Below are positions 30,255 through 40,164 of a stretch of 53,586 nucleotides of DNA, one piece after another. Position 1 is the stretch's first letter. Each line of letters opens with the position of its first letter. Made by a program: the position numbers and the translations under genes. The notes under the pieces are model-generated. The model ran no database searches. It worked only from the letters and a program-made list of their open reading frames with translations, and was not told the DNA's origin. This DNA is from Promethearchaeota archaeon (GTDB lineage: Archaea > Asgardarchaeota > Lokiarchaeia > Sigyniarchaeales > SOKP01), in contig JAHLWH010000033.1 in the NCBI GenBank assembly GCA_019058015.1, forward strand, positions 1-53,586, read 5' to 3'.

Positions 30255-31388
30255 TTAAACAAACTCCTTTTTAATATATTGAAAATATGAAATATTAATA
30301 ACAAAAAAGAACAGGGATACAATCGATAAATTTAATATATTTGGCCAAACTTCAAATAAAGATTTACCTCGATATGCTAAGTCGATAAATGCGGCAGTTG
30401 CTTGTTCCAGTGGTAAAAAATTAACAATTGCTGGAATCCTTACAATTTGAGTTATTAATAACATCATTATAAAAAAGAATAGAAATAACTGTGAGGATTG
30501 CAATCGGGTAGAGCTGATAGAAGAAAAGAACACTCCAATGACTATGCTATTTAATGCAAAAATTAATAATATTAAAAATAATTCAATGAAGAGACATCTA
30601 TATTGGATCCCAAATCCAAATTCCAAAAATAATAAAATTAATACAATTTGAAATAAGGCTAAAATTAAATAAGCACCGATTTTTGCAATAATCACTTCAA
30701 ATCTGAATGTTGGTGTTGTTAAAAGTCTTTTTAATGGTTTATCTCCTACAATACATTGTGTTGTGATCAAATTCAAGCATGCAAAAATCATTATAGTAGT
30801 GAGAAATGGAGCAGCTATTTGTAAGATATTTATTGTTTCTTGTGGTTTCATTATGGGAAAATAGAAAACATCACTTTCAAATTGTTGATTTATCATTTGG
30901 TAATGGACAGTTGCATCCAAAATTGAAGCTTGAGCGGTAAATGCAGCAAAAAAATCAATATAATCAATATAAATTGGTAATTCAGTTGATTTGTTGTTTT
31001 CTAGATTTTCAGAAAAATTTTCAATTAAAATTATGTATGCTACAATTTCTACTGTTGGTAATTTTTCCTTAGCATATTCCTCGAATTCAGTTGCGTTCAT
31101 ATTGAAATCTTCTTTAACTTTCACAAAAACATCCGTTGTTGTGTTAAACTTAAACATATCAATGAATTCTTGAGATTTTTCAGAATCATCATAATCGATA
31201 ATATAAAGGTCTGCCGAGCCGCCCATTAAAGAAAATTCACCTAACCCAATTAAAGTTATGATACAAATAGGAATTATAAATAAAATAAACATTGAAATTT
31301 TATCTTTAAGTAATGTATCCAATTCCTTTCTAATTAATGAAAATATTCGTTTCCTTCGCTCTTTTAAAGATCTAATATCGATACTCAT
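30255..31388 (-). CDS. ABC-2-type permease with an extracytoplasmic domain
   Basis: LIRKELDTLLKD, YIIDYDDSEKS, LKRLLTTP....EVIIAK. Confidence 0.88.
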   Translation of the reverse strand: MSIDIRSLKERRKRIFSLIRKELDTLLKDKISMFILFIIPICIITLIGLGEFSLMGGSADLYIIDYDDSEKSQEFIDMFKFNTTTDVFVKVKEDFNMNATEFEEYAKEKLPTVEIVAYIILIENFSENLENNKSTELPIYIDYIDFFAAFTAQASILDATVHYQMINQQFESDVFYFPIMKPQETINILQIAAPFLTTIMIFACLNLITTQCIVGDKPLKRLLTTPTFRFEVIIAKIGAYLILALFQIVLILLFLEFGFGIQYRCLFIELFLILLIFALNSIVIGVFFSSISSTRLQSSQLFLFFFIMMLLITQIVRIPAIVNFLPLEQATAAFIDLAYRGKSLFEVWPNILNLSIVSLFFFVINISYFQYIKKEFV

Positions 31389-31505
31389 AATCTATTTCTA
31401 TTATTCTCCTATAAACTAAAATAAGACAATAAGAATATAAATAAATATTCTAAAAATTTTAAATATAATAAGCGTTCAATATTTCTTAAAATATTTCAAG
31501 TAAAT

Positions 31506-32513
31506 ATGTCCAAGATTAAAGCTTCTGGCAAAATTGATAATTTAAAAGATGAATATTCAGACTTTAGCCTAATTTTAAATAAGATATATGCAAGTTATGA
31601 GAGTGGAAAAAATGTTCTTGAAGATATATCATTTAGGGCTAAAAAAGGAGATATTCTTGGAATTATCGGAGGCAGTGGTGCTGGTAAATCCACTATTTTA
31701 AGAGCAATGACAGGTCAATTAGATAGAAAAATCCTACATAAAGGAAATGTGATAACTGCTGGTATAGATGTTCTAAAAAATAACAAAGAATTAATAAATA
31801 AGATTGGATACGTTCCCCAACTAGAATATCTTTCATTATATTTTGAATTTAATGCTATAGATAATTGCATCTTTTTTGGAAAGAATTATCAATTAGATAA
31901 AAATACAATTAGAGAGAATGCAAAAGAAATTTTAGAAGTTTTGGGGTTTGATGAAGAATTAATGCATAAACCAGTAAAAAAGTTATCTGGTGGAGAGAAA
32001 AAGAGAGTTAGTATCGCTGTTGGATTAATTAATACCCCAGAGATCTTATTTTTGGACGAACCGACCACGGGTTTAGATCCTCATCTTCGACTTGCAGTTC
32101 TAAATTTCTTATTAAAAATAAATAGAAAATATAACACAACTATTGTAATTGTCAGTCATAATCTTGAAATCTCTGATTACTGTGACTTGATTGTTGTTTT
32201 AATCAAAGGAAAATTAAGAAGTTTTGGTAGTGCTGATGATATGATTCAATCACTTCCATCAGGGGGAAAAATAATTTTATGTAAATTCAAATATCTTGAT
32301 TTGAATCAAATTAAAGTAATTAAGAGGTTACAGAACGTGGAATTTGTATTACATTCTGGAAGAAATCAAATTAAATTATTTTTAAAAGATTTCTCACAAT
32401 TCAGGAAGACCTATAACCAATTAATTAAATTAAATCTTCCACTGTCATCCTTTTCCATAAAGCCAGCTAGCTTTATTGATTATTTTCGCATAATTGGGGA
32501 GAAAGCAATATAA
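31506..32513 (+). CDS. ABC exporter ATP-binding protein
   Basis: GGSGAGKS, LSGGE, FLDEPTTGLDP, SHNLE; C-terminal regulatory-type domain. Confidence 0.93.
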   Translation: MSKIKASGKIDNLKDEYSDFSLILNKIYASYESGKNVLEDISFRAKKGDILGIIGGSGAGKSTILRAMTGQLDRKILHKGNVITAGIDVLKNNKELINKIGYVPQLEYLSLYFEFNAIDNCIFFGKNYQLDKNTIRENAKEILEVLGFDEELMHKPVKKLSGGEKKRVSIAVGLINTPEILFLDEPTTGLDPHLRLAVLNFLLKINRKYNTTIVIVSHNLEISDYCDLIVVLIKGKLRSFGSADDMIQSLPSGGKIILCKFKYLDLNQIKVIKRLQNVEFVLHSGRNQIKLFLKDFSQFRKTYNQLIKLNLPLSSFSIKPASFIDYFRIIGEKAI

Positions 32514-32517
32514 TAAT

Positions 32518-32622
32518 GGGAAGGTAGTCTAGCTTGGTATGATTCTATTAAGCTCTCAACTTCATAGCGTTCAATCTTGGTTCGGAACCAAGGGATCGTG
32601 AGTTCAAATCTCACCCTTCCCA
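32518..32622 (+). tRNA. tRNA-Pro(CGG) with an about 31-nt intron at a non-canonical position (about 32544-32574)
   Basis: Acceptor GGGAAGG/CCTTCCC-A; D arm GTCTAGCTTGGTATGAT; anticodon arm CTTGG-TTCGGAA-CCAAG; T arm GTGAG-TTCAAAT-CTCAC. Removing the insert gives 74 nt. Confidence 0.9.
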
Positions 32623-32687
32623 TTTATTTAGATCATAATAAAAAAAATTGAAGTTAGTTCCAATAATTCTTGAATTTAATGGAGTAA

Positions 32688-32972
32688 TCAATCTTTAATT
32701 GTTTCTAGTAGGCTTATTAAGCGATAAATCATTGTGCGAGCGTGGAATGGGCAATTTGGGTCAGTGCTTAAATCACCTATCAGCGATAGCGCATTACTAG
32801 CTAATACAGCAGGGGAATCATCACCAGCTTTTAAATCATTAAGAGCTTTTTGAGCTTTTCTCTTTATATTACGTGGGACTGTGCGATCTTGAAGAAGCAT
32901 ATCGATTAATGTTGCAACGTCTGCAAAAGCTTCTCTTATCTCTTTTTTAAATTTACTCCATACATCGCTCAT
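32688..32972 (-). CDS. UPF0147 family archaeal protein
   Basis: DRTVPRNIKRKA...DPNCPFHARTMIY. ATG 32972 has an AGGTGA RBS upstream and is preferred over TTG 33017. Confidence 0.88.
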   Translation of the reverse strand: MSDVWSKFKKEIREAFADVATLIDMLLQDRTVPRNIKRKAQKALNDLKAGDDSPAVLASNALSLIGDLSTDPNCPFHARTMIYRLISLLETIKD

Positions 32973-33109
32973 ATATAATTCACCTATGTTGATATCAAAA
33001 AGAGTATCCATCGACAATATATAAAATAAATTTTAAAATATAACTTTTTTGATTTATTTATCTATTTACTACAATTTAAAGAATATAAACTATTTAAAAA
33101 ATTGATAAT

Positions 33110-36019
33110 TTATATAATTTGATTTATTTTTTTCAATATTTTGGGGATTTCTTTAGAATAATCAACTATTTTTTGTTTATAGTTATCTCTAAGTTCAGTA
33201 AAATTATCATAATTTTTATTTTTAATTTTATTCACGAAATTAACGCCTAATTCAGATAGTTCCCTAAATAAACGATTTATTTGTTTATCCTTCTCAATTA
33301 TGGTTGGATCAATCTTCTTTCTTTTCTTTTGTATATAATTTCTTAACTTACCTCGTGGAATCCGCAAATCTTCAATCATTTTATCACAATGAATAAGTAA
33401 ATTATAAGCAAGTACTTTTTCCCCTTCCTTTAATGAATCTTCAATAACTTCAGTTCTCCAAGTTAAAATTCTACCTCTAGCGTAAGTATCAGGGTTCAAA
33501 GATATACTATCTATTTTTTGTTTAATTAAAAATTTTAAAAATTCCGGATAATCACTTGGTGCTTGACCGCAGATTCCAACCTTCTTAAAGCGTTCGTGAG
33601 CCACCTTGATTAAATGTTCAATAGCTCGCTTAATTGCTTCACTATTGGCGTTATAATTATATTTTTCCGCGAGAGGTAATAATCTTTGATTATCTCTACC
33701 ACAACCATAAATAAGCTGTGTTAAATCATTTGAACCAATTGAAAATCCATCAAAATAATTACAAAAAATATCAGCTAGAAATATATTTGATGGAATTTCT
33801 GCCATTACATAAACTTTTAATCCATCTTGGTCTCTTACAAGTCCTTCTACTTGCATTAATTTAATAATTGCTTCTGCTTCATCTGGAGTTCTACAAAATG
33901 GCACCATAGGAATAATATTTGTTAAACCCCATGATCGAGCTCTTTTAATAGCACGTAATTCCAAACGAAATGCTTCCTCGAAATCTTCAGAAACATATCT
34001 TGAACCACCTCTAAATCCTAGCATTGGATTATTTTCATCATGTTCGTATAACCAGCCGCCAATAAGATTTTTATATTCATTTGTTTTAAAATCGGAAAGC
34101 CTTACCACAGCTTCAGCAATAGAACCATGGGGTAAAGTTTTCCAAACTCCAGCAGCTATTGTTGCAATACCCTCAGCTAACTTTTGAACATAGTATTCCT
34201 CTTTATTATCATATCCAGCTGTAAGTTCTGCAATTTTTTCTAAAGTATTTTTTAAATTCTCGATTTTTTGTAAGAATGGGTCTTTTTTTATTAAATCGCT
34301 CTTTTTTAATGATTCAATTTGTTCTTTTTTTTCTAATAATTCATGCATATAAATGATTAAATCATCAAAATGTAATAATGCATTAGGATGAATTTGAATC
34401 AAATCGTTGATAATAAATTCTAATCTTGCAAGACCTGTTCCATCGGGATATTTCCCGGATGATAAGGCTCCTTTTGGAATCCCAAGATTTACTAAAATTT
34501 TAGTTTTAGTTCTTGGCAAGTTATTAAACTCTATTGTATCATAATCAAACTCTACTTCTCCGCCCCAGATTCTTGCTTCTCCTTCAGAACAATCAATAGT
34601 AATCGATAAATTCCCTTTTTTTGCATATTCCTTAAGAATTTGGACAATATTATCAGCACCTACAATTGAAGCTATTTCTAATTCACGTGAAACAATGGCA
34701 GCATGACACGTTGGTCCACCTCTTTCAGTTATTACTCCATTTAGGTTTTGCATATAAGAAGTCCAATCAGGATTGGTTTCTAAGGTAACTAATATATCTC
34801 CCTCCTCTAAAAGATGAGCATAATTAATATCTTCAATTACTTTTAATCTACCAATTGCGATTTTCCGACCAATAGCAGTACCATTTGAACTTATCAATTT
34901 GTTATTTTCTTTTAAATCTTGAGGATTATCGATTAAATAATAGATTTCTTCTTTATCCCCTTTTATCGAATGAACTGTTTCTGGACGGGCTTGGACAATA
35001 TAAATCTTATCATTATTTCCTATAGCCCATTCAATATCCATCCGTTTTCCATAATGTTTTCGAATTTTCATACCATATTTGGCAAGTTCAATTGCTTGTT
35101 CTCCAGTCAAACAGAATTTATTTTGCAATTCAACAGGAACTGGAATTGTTTTTGTTCCGCCGATTTCTGTATCGAATACTAATTGATTCTTTTTAGTAAC
35201 AAGATCACTAGCAATTATTGTAAGACCTTTTGGATTATGTTTGAAAATAACATTTTCATCTCCTTCTTCCGCTCCCTGGACAATTAATTCTCCTAAACCC
35301 CATACACCTCTTATAACAATAACATTTTCATTTCCTGAATCTGGATCTTCTGTAAACATTACTCCTGATGACTTTACTCCACCTAAGCCACCTGCCATTT
35401 CTTGAACTCCAACAGCTAATTTAACATCAAAATGATCATAACCCGATCTCTCTCTATAAGCTGTAGCACGCGTAGTAAAGATTGAGGCCATATCTTTTAA
35501 AATATATCTTAAAATATTTTCTTCGCCACTAATGTTTAAGTGAGTATCTTGTTGCCCTGCAAAACTAGATTCCGGTAAATCTTCTGCAGTTGCACTGGAA
35601 CGGATTGCGAATGATGTATCTTCTCCAATTTTTTCTAGTAATTTATGATAAGCATCTAAAATTTCATCTTGCATACTATCAGGTATTTGAGATTGTTCAA
35701 TTGCAGTTCTAATGCTAGCACAAATCTGATCTACTCTCTGTATTGCCGAAATATCCTCACTTTGTAGTTCTTTTTTTATTGAACCAATTTGCCTTCGGAT
35801 ATATTCTTTTAGTGTAATTTCTTCATTTTTTATTGTATAATAATTATTTTCCAAAATGTAGTCAAATGCACTAGCACTTACTGCAAATCCTAATGGAACA
35901 GGTATACCAAAACTTAATAATTCTCCTAATGAGGCGTTCTTGCCGCCAACTAAATCGATATCAGTGGTTCTGACGTTTTCAAAGAACTTAATAAATCGAT
36001 AATTGTCTAAAGACGACAT
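33110..36019 (-). CDS. ppsA: Phosphoenolpyruvate synthase (pyruvate, water dikinase)
   Basis: VGGKNASLGE, RSSATAEDLP..SFAGQQDT, GGPTCHAAIVSRE phospho-His, ENNPMLGFRG, SIGSNDLTQ, GICGQAPSD. Confidence 0.96.
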   Translation of the reverse strand: MSSLDNYRFIKFFENVRTTDIDLVGGKNASLGELLSFGIPVPLGFAVSASAFDYILENNYYTIKNEEITLKEYIRRQIGSIKKELQSEDISAIQRVDQICASIRTAIEQSQIPDSMQDEILDAYHKLLEKIGEDTSFAIRSSATAEDLPESSFAGQQDTHLNISGEENILRYILKDMASIFTTRATAYRERSGYDHFDVKLAVGVQEMAGGLGGVKSSGVMFTEDPDSGNENVIVIRGVWGLGELIVQGAEEGDENVIFKHNPKGLTIIASDLVTKKNQLVFDTEIGGTKTIPVPVELQNKFCLTGEQAIELAKYGMKIRKHYGKRMDIEWAIGNNDKIYIVQARPETVHSIKGDKEEIYYLIDNPQDLKENNKLISSNGTAIGRKIAIGRLKVIEDINYAHLLEEGDILVTLETNPDWTSYMQNLNGVITERGGPTCHAAIVSRELEIASIVGADNIVQILKEYAKKGNLSITIDCSEGEARIWGGEVEFDYDTIEFNNLPRTKTKILVNLGIPKGALSSGKYPDGTGLARLEFIINDLIQIHPNALLHFDDLIIYMHELLEKKEQIESLKKSDLIKKDPFLQKIENLKNTLEKIAELTAGYDNKEEYYVQKLAEGIATIAAGVWKTLPHGSIAEAVVRLSDFKTNEYKNLIGGWLYEHDENNPMLGFRGGSRYVSEDFEEAFRLELRAIKRARSWGLTNIIPMVPFCRTPDEAEAIIKLMQVEGLVRDQDGLKVYVMAEIPSNIFLADIFCNYFDGFSIGSNDLTQLIYGCGRDNQRLLPLAEKYNYNANSEAIKRAIEHLIKVAHERFKKVGICGQAPSDYPEFLKFLIKQKIDSISLNPDTYARGRILTWRTEVIEDSLKEGEKVLAYNLLIHCDKMIEDLRIPRGKLRNYIQKKRKKIDPTIIEKDKQINRLFRELSELGVNFVNKIKNKNYDNFTELRDNYKQKIVDYSKEIPKILKKINQII

Positions 36020-36202
36020 AAGTATATTAAAATTTAATTATTGATTTGATAAAATTAATTTATTAGTATTTTAATAAACAATTTGATTATAAGATTGTTT
36101 TGATTTTTATATTTGATTAGTATAGTTAAAATTTAATCATTTAGTTAAAATTTTTAATATAGATAAAAAATAAAAATTACGTATAAATAAGAGATGGTAT
36201 AG

Positions 36203-37132
36203 TTAACAGAAAATTCTAAAAAAGAAATAAAATATAATGATTTAACTCTTTATATTATTATTGTACTAGGTATTTCCTTTAGTATATTTGGAGTATTTTA
36301 TGTTTTAGGACTTATTTTCCAATTTTTATCTAGTGAAATAATTAACATTTTCGTTTTAGCATATATGTTTCTGCCAACTTTAACAGCAATAATTATCCAA
36401 AAATTTATCCGAAAAGAAAAGATTTTAAATATTAAGGGGTTAAAATTTGGAAAATTCACTTATTATTTAATTGCAATTGTTTTAAGCTTTATAATTGTAT
36501 TTTTAGCATTATTTATTGCTCTCTCCTTTCCTGGAGTAGAGTATGATAAAAACTTGGAGATCTTGCAACAATATGCAGATTTACCATTATATTTATTATC
36601 GCTGCCAGACCCCGCCAAGATTTATATTTTAATAAATATTCCCAATGCAATTATTATTGGTGCTACATATAATGCATTTTTTGCATTTGGTGAAGAGCTA
36701 GGTTGGAGAGGATTTATGTTAGATTCATTGTATAAAAAAAGATTTGGATTTTGGAAGGCATCAATTTTAATTGGAATTGTGTGGGGTTTTTGGCACGCAC
36801 CTTTAATTTTATTTTTTGGGCTTAATTATCCCGAACACCAAATTGAAGGGGTTTTTATGATGGTTGGTTTTACAGTATTATTATCACCAATTCTAACGTA
36901 TTTAACATTAAAGGGTGAATCAGTTTTCATTGCCTCAGTTTTCCATGGAACACTTAATGCAATTGCTGGAATTTCTATAGTCTTAAAAGGCGGAAATGAT
37001 TTAATAAATTCGGTGGCTGGATTATCTGGATTCATTGCTTTAATCATTCTTAACATAATAATGGTAATTATTGATAGGTTTCTTATAAAGAATCCAATAA
37101 TAAAACACAAAGAGAAGTCTAAAGTAAATTAA
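36203..37132 (+). CDS. CPBP/Abi (CAAX protease II) intramembrane protease; start uncertain
   Basis: GEELGWRG, WGFWH, FHGTLN. The frame is open from 36203, with two extra TM helices before ATG 36365. Confidence 0.88.
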   Translation, partial: LTENSKKEIKYNDLTLYIIIVLGISFSIFGVFYVLGLIFQFLSSEIINIFVLAYMFLPTLTAIIIQKFIRKEKILNIKGLKFGKFTYYLIAIVLSFIIVFLALFIALSFPGVEYDKNLEILQQYADLPLYLLSLPDPAKIYILINIPNAIIIGATYNAFFAFGEELGWRGFMLDSLYKKRFGFWKASILIGIVWGFWHAPLILFFGLNYPEHQIEGVFMMVGFTVLLSPILTYLTLKGESVFIASVFHGTLNAIAGISIVLKGGNDLINSVAGLSGFIALIILNIIMVIIDRFLIKNPIIKHKEKSKVN

Positions 37133-37199
37133 TTATTCTTTTCAGAAATAATATTGCAAAAAAAAATGGATATAAAATAAGAAATATTAAATTGAACTC

Positions 37200-38834
37200 T
37201 TATTTTTGCTTTTCAATTTCTCTTAATTCTCGATGAAGGACTTTTCCTACTATTGTTTTGGGTAATTCTTCAATGAATTCCACATATCGCGGATATTTAT
37301 CAAAACCCATATTTTCTTTAGCCCAATCAATTATATCTTGCTCAGAAACTTTATCTTTAAATTCTTCCTTTAAAATAACATAAGCTTTTATGTTTTCATT
37401 ACCAACATCATCGATAATCCCAATTACACCACATTCTTCAATTACTTCGTTATGATATAATAAATCTTCGACTTCTGCGGGATAAACGGAATGCCCTTTA
37501 TATTTTATCAAATTTTTAAGTCTATCTTTTATTACAAAATATCCATCTTCATCCATTAAGGCTAAATCACCTGTCCATAACCACCCATCCTTTATCGTTT
37601 CATTTGTTTCTTTTTCTCTCTTATAGTAGCCTTTCATCATTTGTGGACCTCTTACAACCAGTTCTCCTACTTCATTAATTCCAAGAGTATTTCCTTCAGG
37701 ATCACAAATCTTTACATCAGTGTTAGGTACTGGCATTCCTATTGTATCATTTTTAAATATTCCTTCAAATGGGTTTGCTGTAACAAGAGGAGACATTTCT
37801 GTTAGCCCATATGCATTCCGGAGCTTAGCACCTGTTAATTCTTCGAATCTTTTTCCTATCTCATCTGGAAGTGGACCTGCAGAACTAACACAATATTTTA
37901 TGTAAGATAAATCATGTTTTTCTATTCCCTCATAATTATTTAAATTATTATATAACGCAGCAACACCAGGAAAGAACGTTACTCTAGCTGCCTCAATAAC
38001 TTCCAATACTTCATGAGCTTCCCGAGGATTAAACACACAAGCAAGTTTCCATCCACAATGAATGGCAATGTTCATCATAAATCCCATATAAATATGATAA
38101 AAAGGCAATGCGGCGAGTAGAACTTCTTTTCCAAGTTCCTTCTCAGGAAACCATGATTCCGCTTGAAAAGCGTTAGATACAATACTTCCATGAGTTATTA
38201 TCGCACCTTTTGGATATCCCGTAGTTCCTCCTGTGTATTGCAACATGGCAACATCATCTTGAGTTATTTTAATATCCGGAGGATTTGGCTTAGTCTCACG
38301 AAGTATTCCTTCAAATGTAGGTTCACCACTAGTCGGATATTCAGGCTTTGCCATTGGGTCTGGTGATAAATAAGGACCAAGATTACTAAAAAATTTATGT
38401 TTAACCCCTGTTTGATCAATAATTGGATTAACTATCGAGTTAAAACCCTCCCAACCAATATAGACTTTAGCTTCACTATCATTTAATTGCCTTTTAATTT
38501 CCAAACTTTTAAATAATGGAGAGATGGTTGTAACTACTGCTCCCATTTTTAAAATACCATAATAATACGCAACAAATGCTGGATTATTAGTAAAATGTAT
38601 TGCTACACAGTCACCCTTTTTAATACCAAGCTCAGTTAATTTTGTGGCGGCACGATATACTATATCCTGTAATTGAATATATGTGAGCTCAAAACCCATA
38701 AAGTAAGTTACAACATTATTAGGATAAGTTTTAACTGAATCTTCAAAAAAGTCAACAAGAGTTTTATTTGGAATATTAACTTCTTTAGGAACACTTTTAG
38801 GCCAATGTTTATAATATATTTTTTGATCTGACAT
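37200..38834 (-). CDS. Long-chain fatty acid-CoA ligase
   Basis: LQYTGGTTGYPKG, AYGLTE, GPQMMKGY, WLWTGD, LPKTIVGKV. Confidence 0.93.
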   Translation of the reverse strand: MSDQKIYYKHWPKSVPKEVNIPNKTLVDFFEDSVKTYPNNVVTYFMGFELTYIQLQDIVYRAATKLTELGIKKGDCVAIHFTNNPAFVAYYYGILKMGAVVTTISPLFKSLEIKRQLNDSEAKVYIGWEGFNSIVNPIIDQTGVKHKFFSNLGPYLSPDPMAKPEYPTSGEPTFEGILRETKPNPPDIKITQDDVAMLQYTGGTTGYPKGAIITHGSIVSNAFQAESWFPEKELGKEVLLAALPFYHIYMGFMMNIAIHCGWKLACVFNPREAHEVLEVIEAARVTFFPGVAALYNNLNNYEGIEKHDLSYIKYCVSSAGPLPDEIGKRFEELTGAKLRNAYGLTEMSPLVTANPFEGIFKNDTIGMPVPNTDVKICDPEGNTLGINEVGELVVRGPQMMKGYYKREKETNETIKDGWLWTGDLALMDEDGYFVIKDRLKNLIKYKGHSVYPAEVEDLLYHNEVIEECGVIGIIDDVGNENIKAYVILKEEFKDKVSEQDIIDWAKENMGFDKYPRYVEFIEELPKTIVGKVLHRELREIEKQK

Positions 38835-39269
38835 AAATTTAGTTTAAATATTATTATATTTAACTTTAATTTTTCACATAAAAGTATAGGCATTAAGGGG
38901 AACTACTTTTATTTATAAAATTCTCAAAGAGCTTAATTCTTAGTATTATTTACATTAATAGCCAATAATCTTCCAAATCCATCAGATTATCATCTATGCT
39001 AAATTTTCATTTAGAATGAAAAGTATTATTCTTATTTCATTATAATTTATTTTACATAATTTTCTTAAATTGCCATATATATTTATGTTATTTTTTTGAA
39101 ATTAAATTCAATTTTATTTATTTAATAAAAGATAAAAATCTTATAAAAGAAGCATTGTTTTTTTTTAAAATTCAAAATTAAGAATTATTTTCTCAAATTC
39201 TTTATATGTACCATCCTTCTCTAAACAAAAAATTTCATATTAAAATATTTGTTCCAATTTCATATTAAT

Positions 39270-39410
39270 CCTTTCTCATTTTCAAGTATTTTTTTTACCT
39301 TTATCAGTTAAGGATTAGTACAGATCTAACTTAACTCTATGTAATATTACCATCTTCTTTTTGTGTAATTTTTGGAGAACTTTTCTGATATAGCTCTTAT
39401 CCTTTAAATA
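39270..39410 (-). pseudogene. Possible degraded winged-helix regulator relic
   Basis: YLKDKSYIRKVLQKLHKKKMVILHRVKLDLY*SLTDKGKK, then a frameshift to ILENE; LT.KG is typical of the MarR/PadR wing. Confidence 0.35.
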
Positions 39411-39547
39411 ATTGGTTAATTAAAATTTAATATTTTTAGATTTGAGGGAAAATTTGCTTCCAAACCTATCCGAAAATAGGTATTATGATTTTGAATATGA
39501 AGAAATTCTATTTGATAAATTGATTTTTGGTTGAATTGAGACATCAT

Positions 39548-40078
39548 TTATTTACAAATATCTTCTAATTCTCTCTTGAAAATATCATAATCGTCTTTAG
39601 TGTATAAGCAAAATATTACTTTAAGAATTTGAGTTTCTGAATTAAGATATTGCTTTGCCGTGGAGAGCATGATTTTTGCACATTTATCAATTGGATAACC
39701 AAAAATCCCCGTAGATAGGGCAGGTAGCGCTATTGATTTCAAATTATGCTTATCCATTAGTTTAAGACTATTTAAAGTAGCATTTTTCAGCTTCTCATCT
39801 TCATTTCCTTCTCCCATTCGAGGACCTACAGCGTGAATAACAAATCGTGCTTTTAAATTCCCACCAGTAGTAATGACTGCAGTACCAACTGGAGTCCCAC
39901 CGATTTTATTACATTCTTCTTGAATTTTGGAGCCTCCTTTGCGACGTATAGCTCCAGCAACACCACCACCAAGTATTAATTGAGAATTAGCTGCATTAAC
40001 TATTGCATCAGTATTGCATTCTGTAATATCGCCTTGTTTTAATTCAATAACCGAATTTTTTATCTTTAAACTTTTCAT
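39548..40078 (-). CDS. Macro domain protein (ADP-ribose hydrolase, YmdB-like)
   Basis: GDIT, DAIVNAAN..L..GGGVAGAI, VIHAVGP, PALSTGIFGYP. Confidence 0.95.
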   Translation of the reverse strand: MKSLKIKNSVIELKQGDITECNTDAIVNAANSQLILGGGVAGAIRRKGGSKIQEECNKIGGTPVGTAVITTGGNLKARFVIHAVGPRMGEGNEDEKLKNATLNSLKLMDKHNLKSIALPALSTGIFGYPIDKCAKIMLSTAKQYLNSETQILKVIFCLYTKDDYDIFKRELEDICK

Positions 40079-40164
40079 ATCCTTATTTTCTTTAAATAAT
40101 ATTAATTTTATACTGATTATTAGTTAATCATCAATTTGGTTTTGAACATATCTTGCGAAAATGG

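Noticed and set aside
32518-32622. tRNA as an integration site for a genomic island
   Set aside because: No integrase and no duplicated tRNA 3' end seen; flanking genes look chromosomal.
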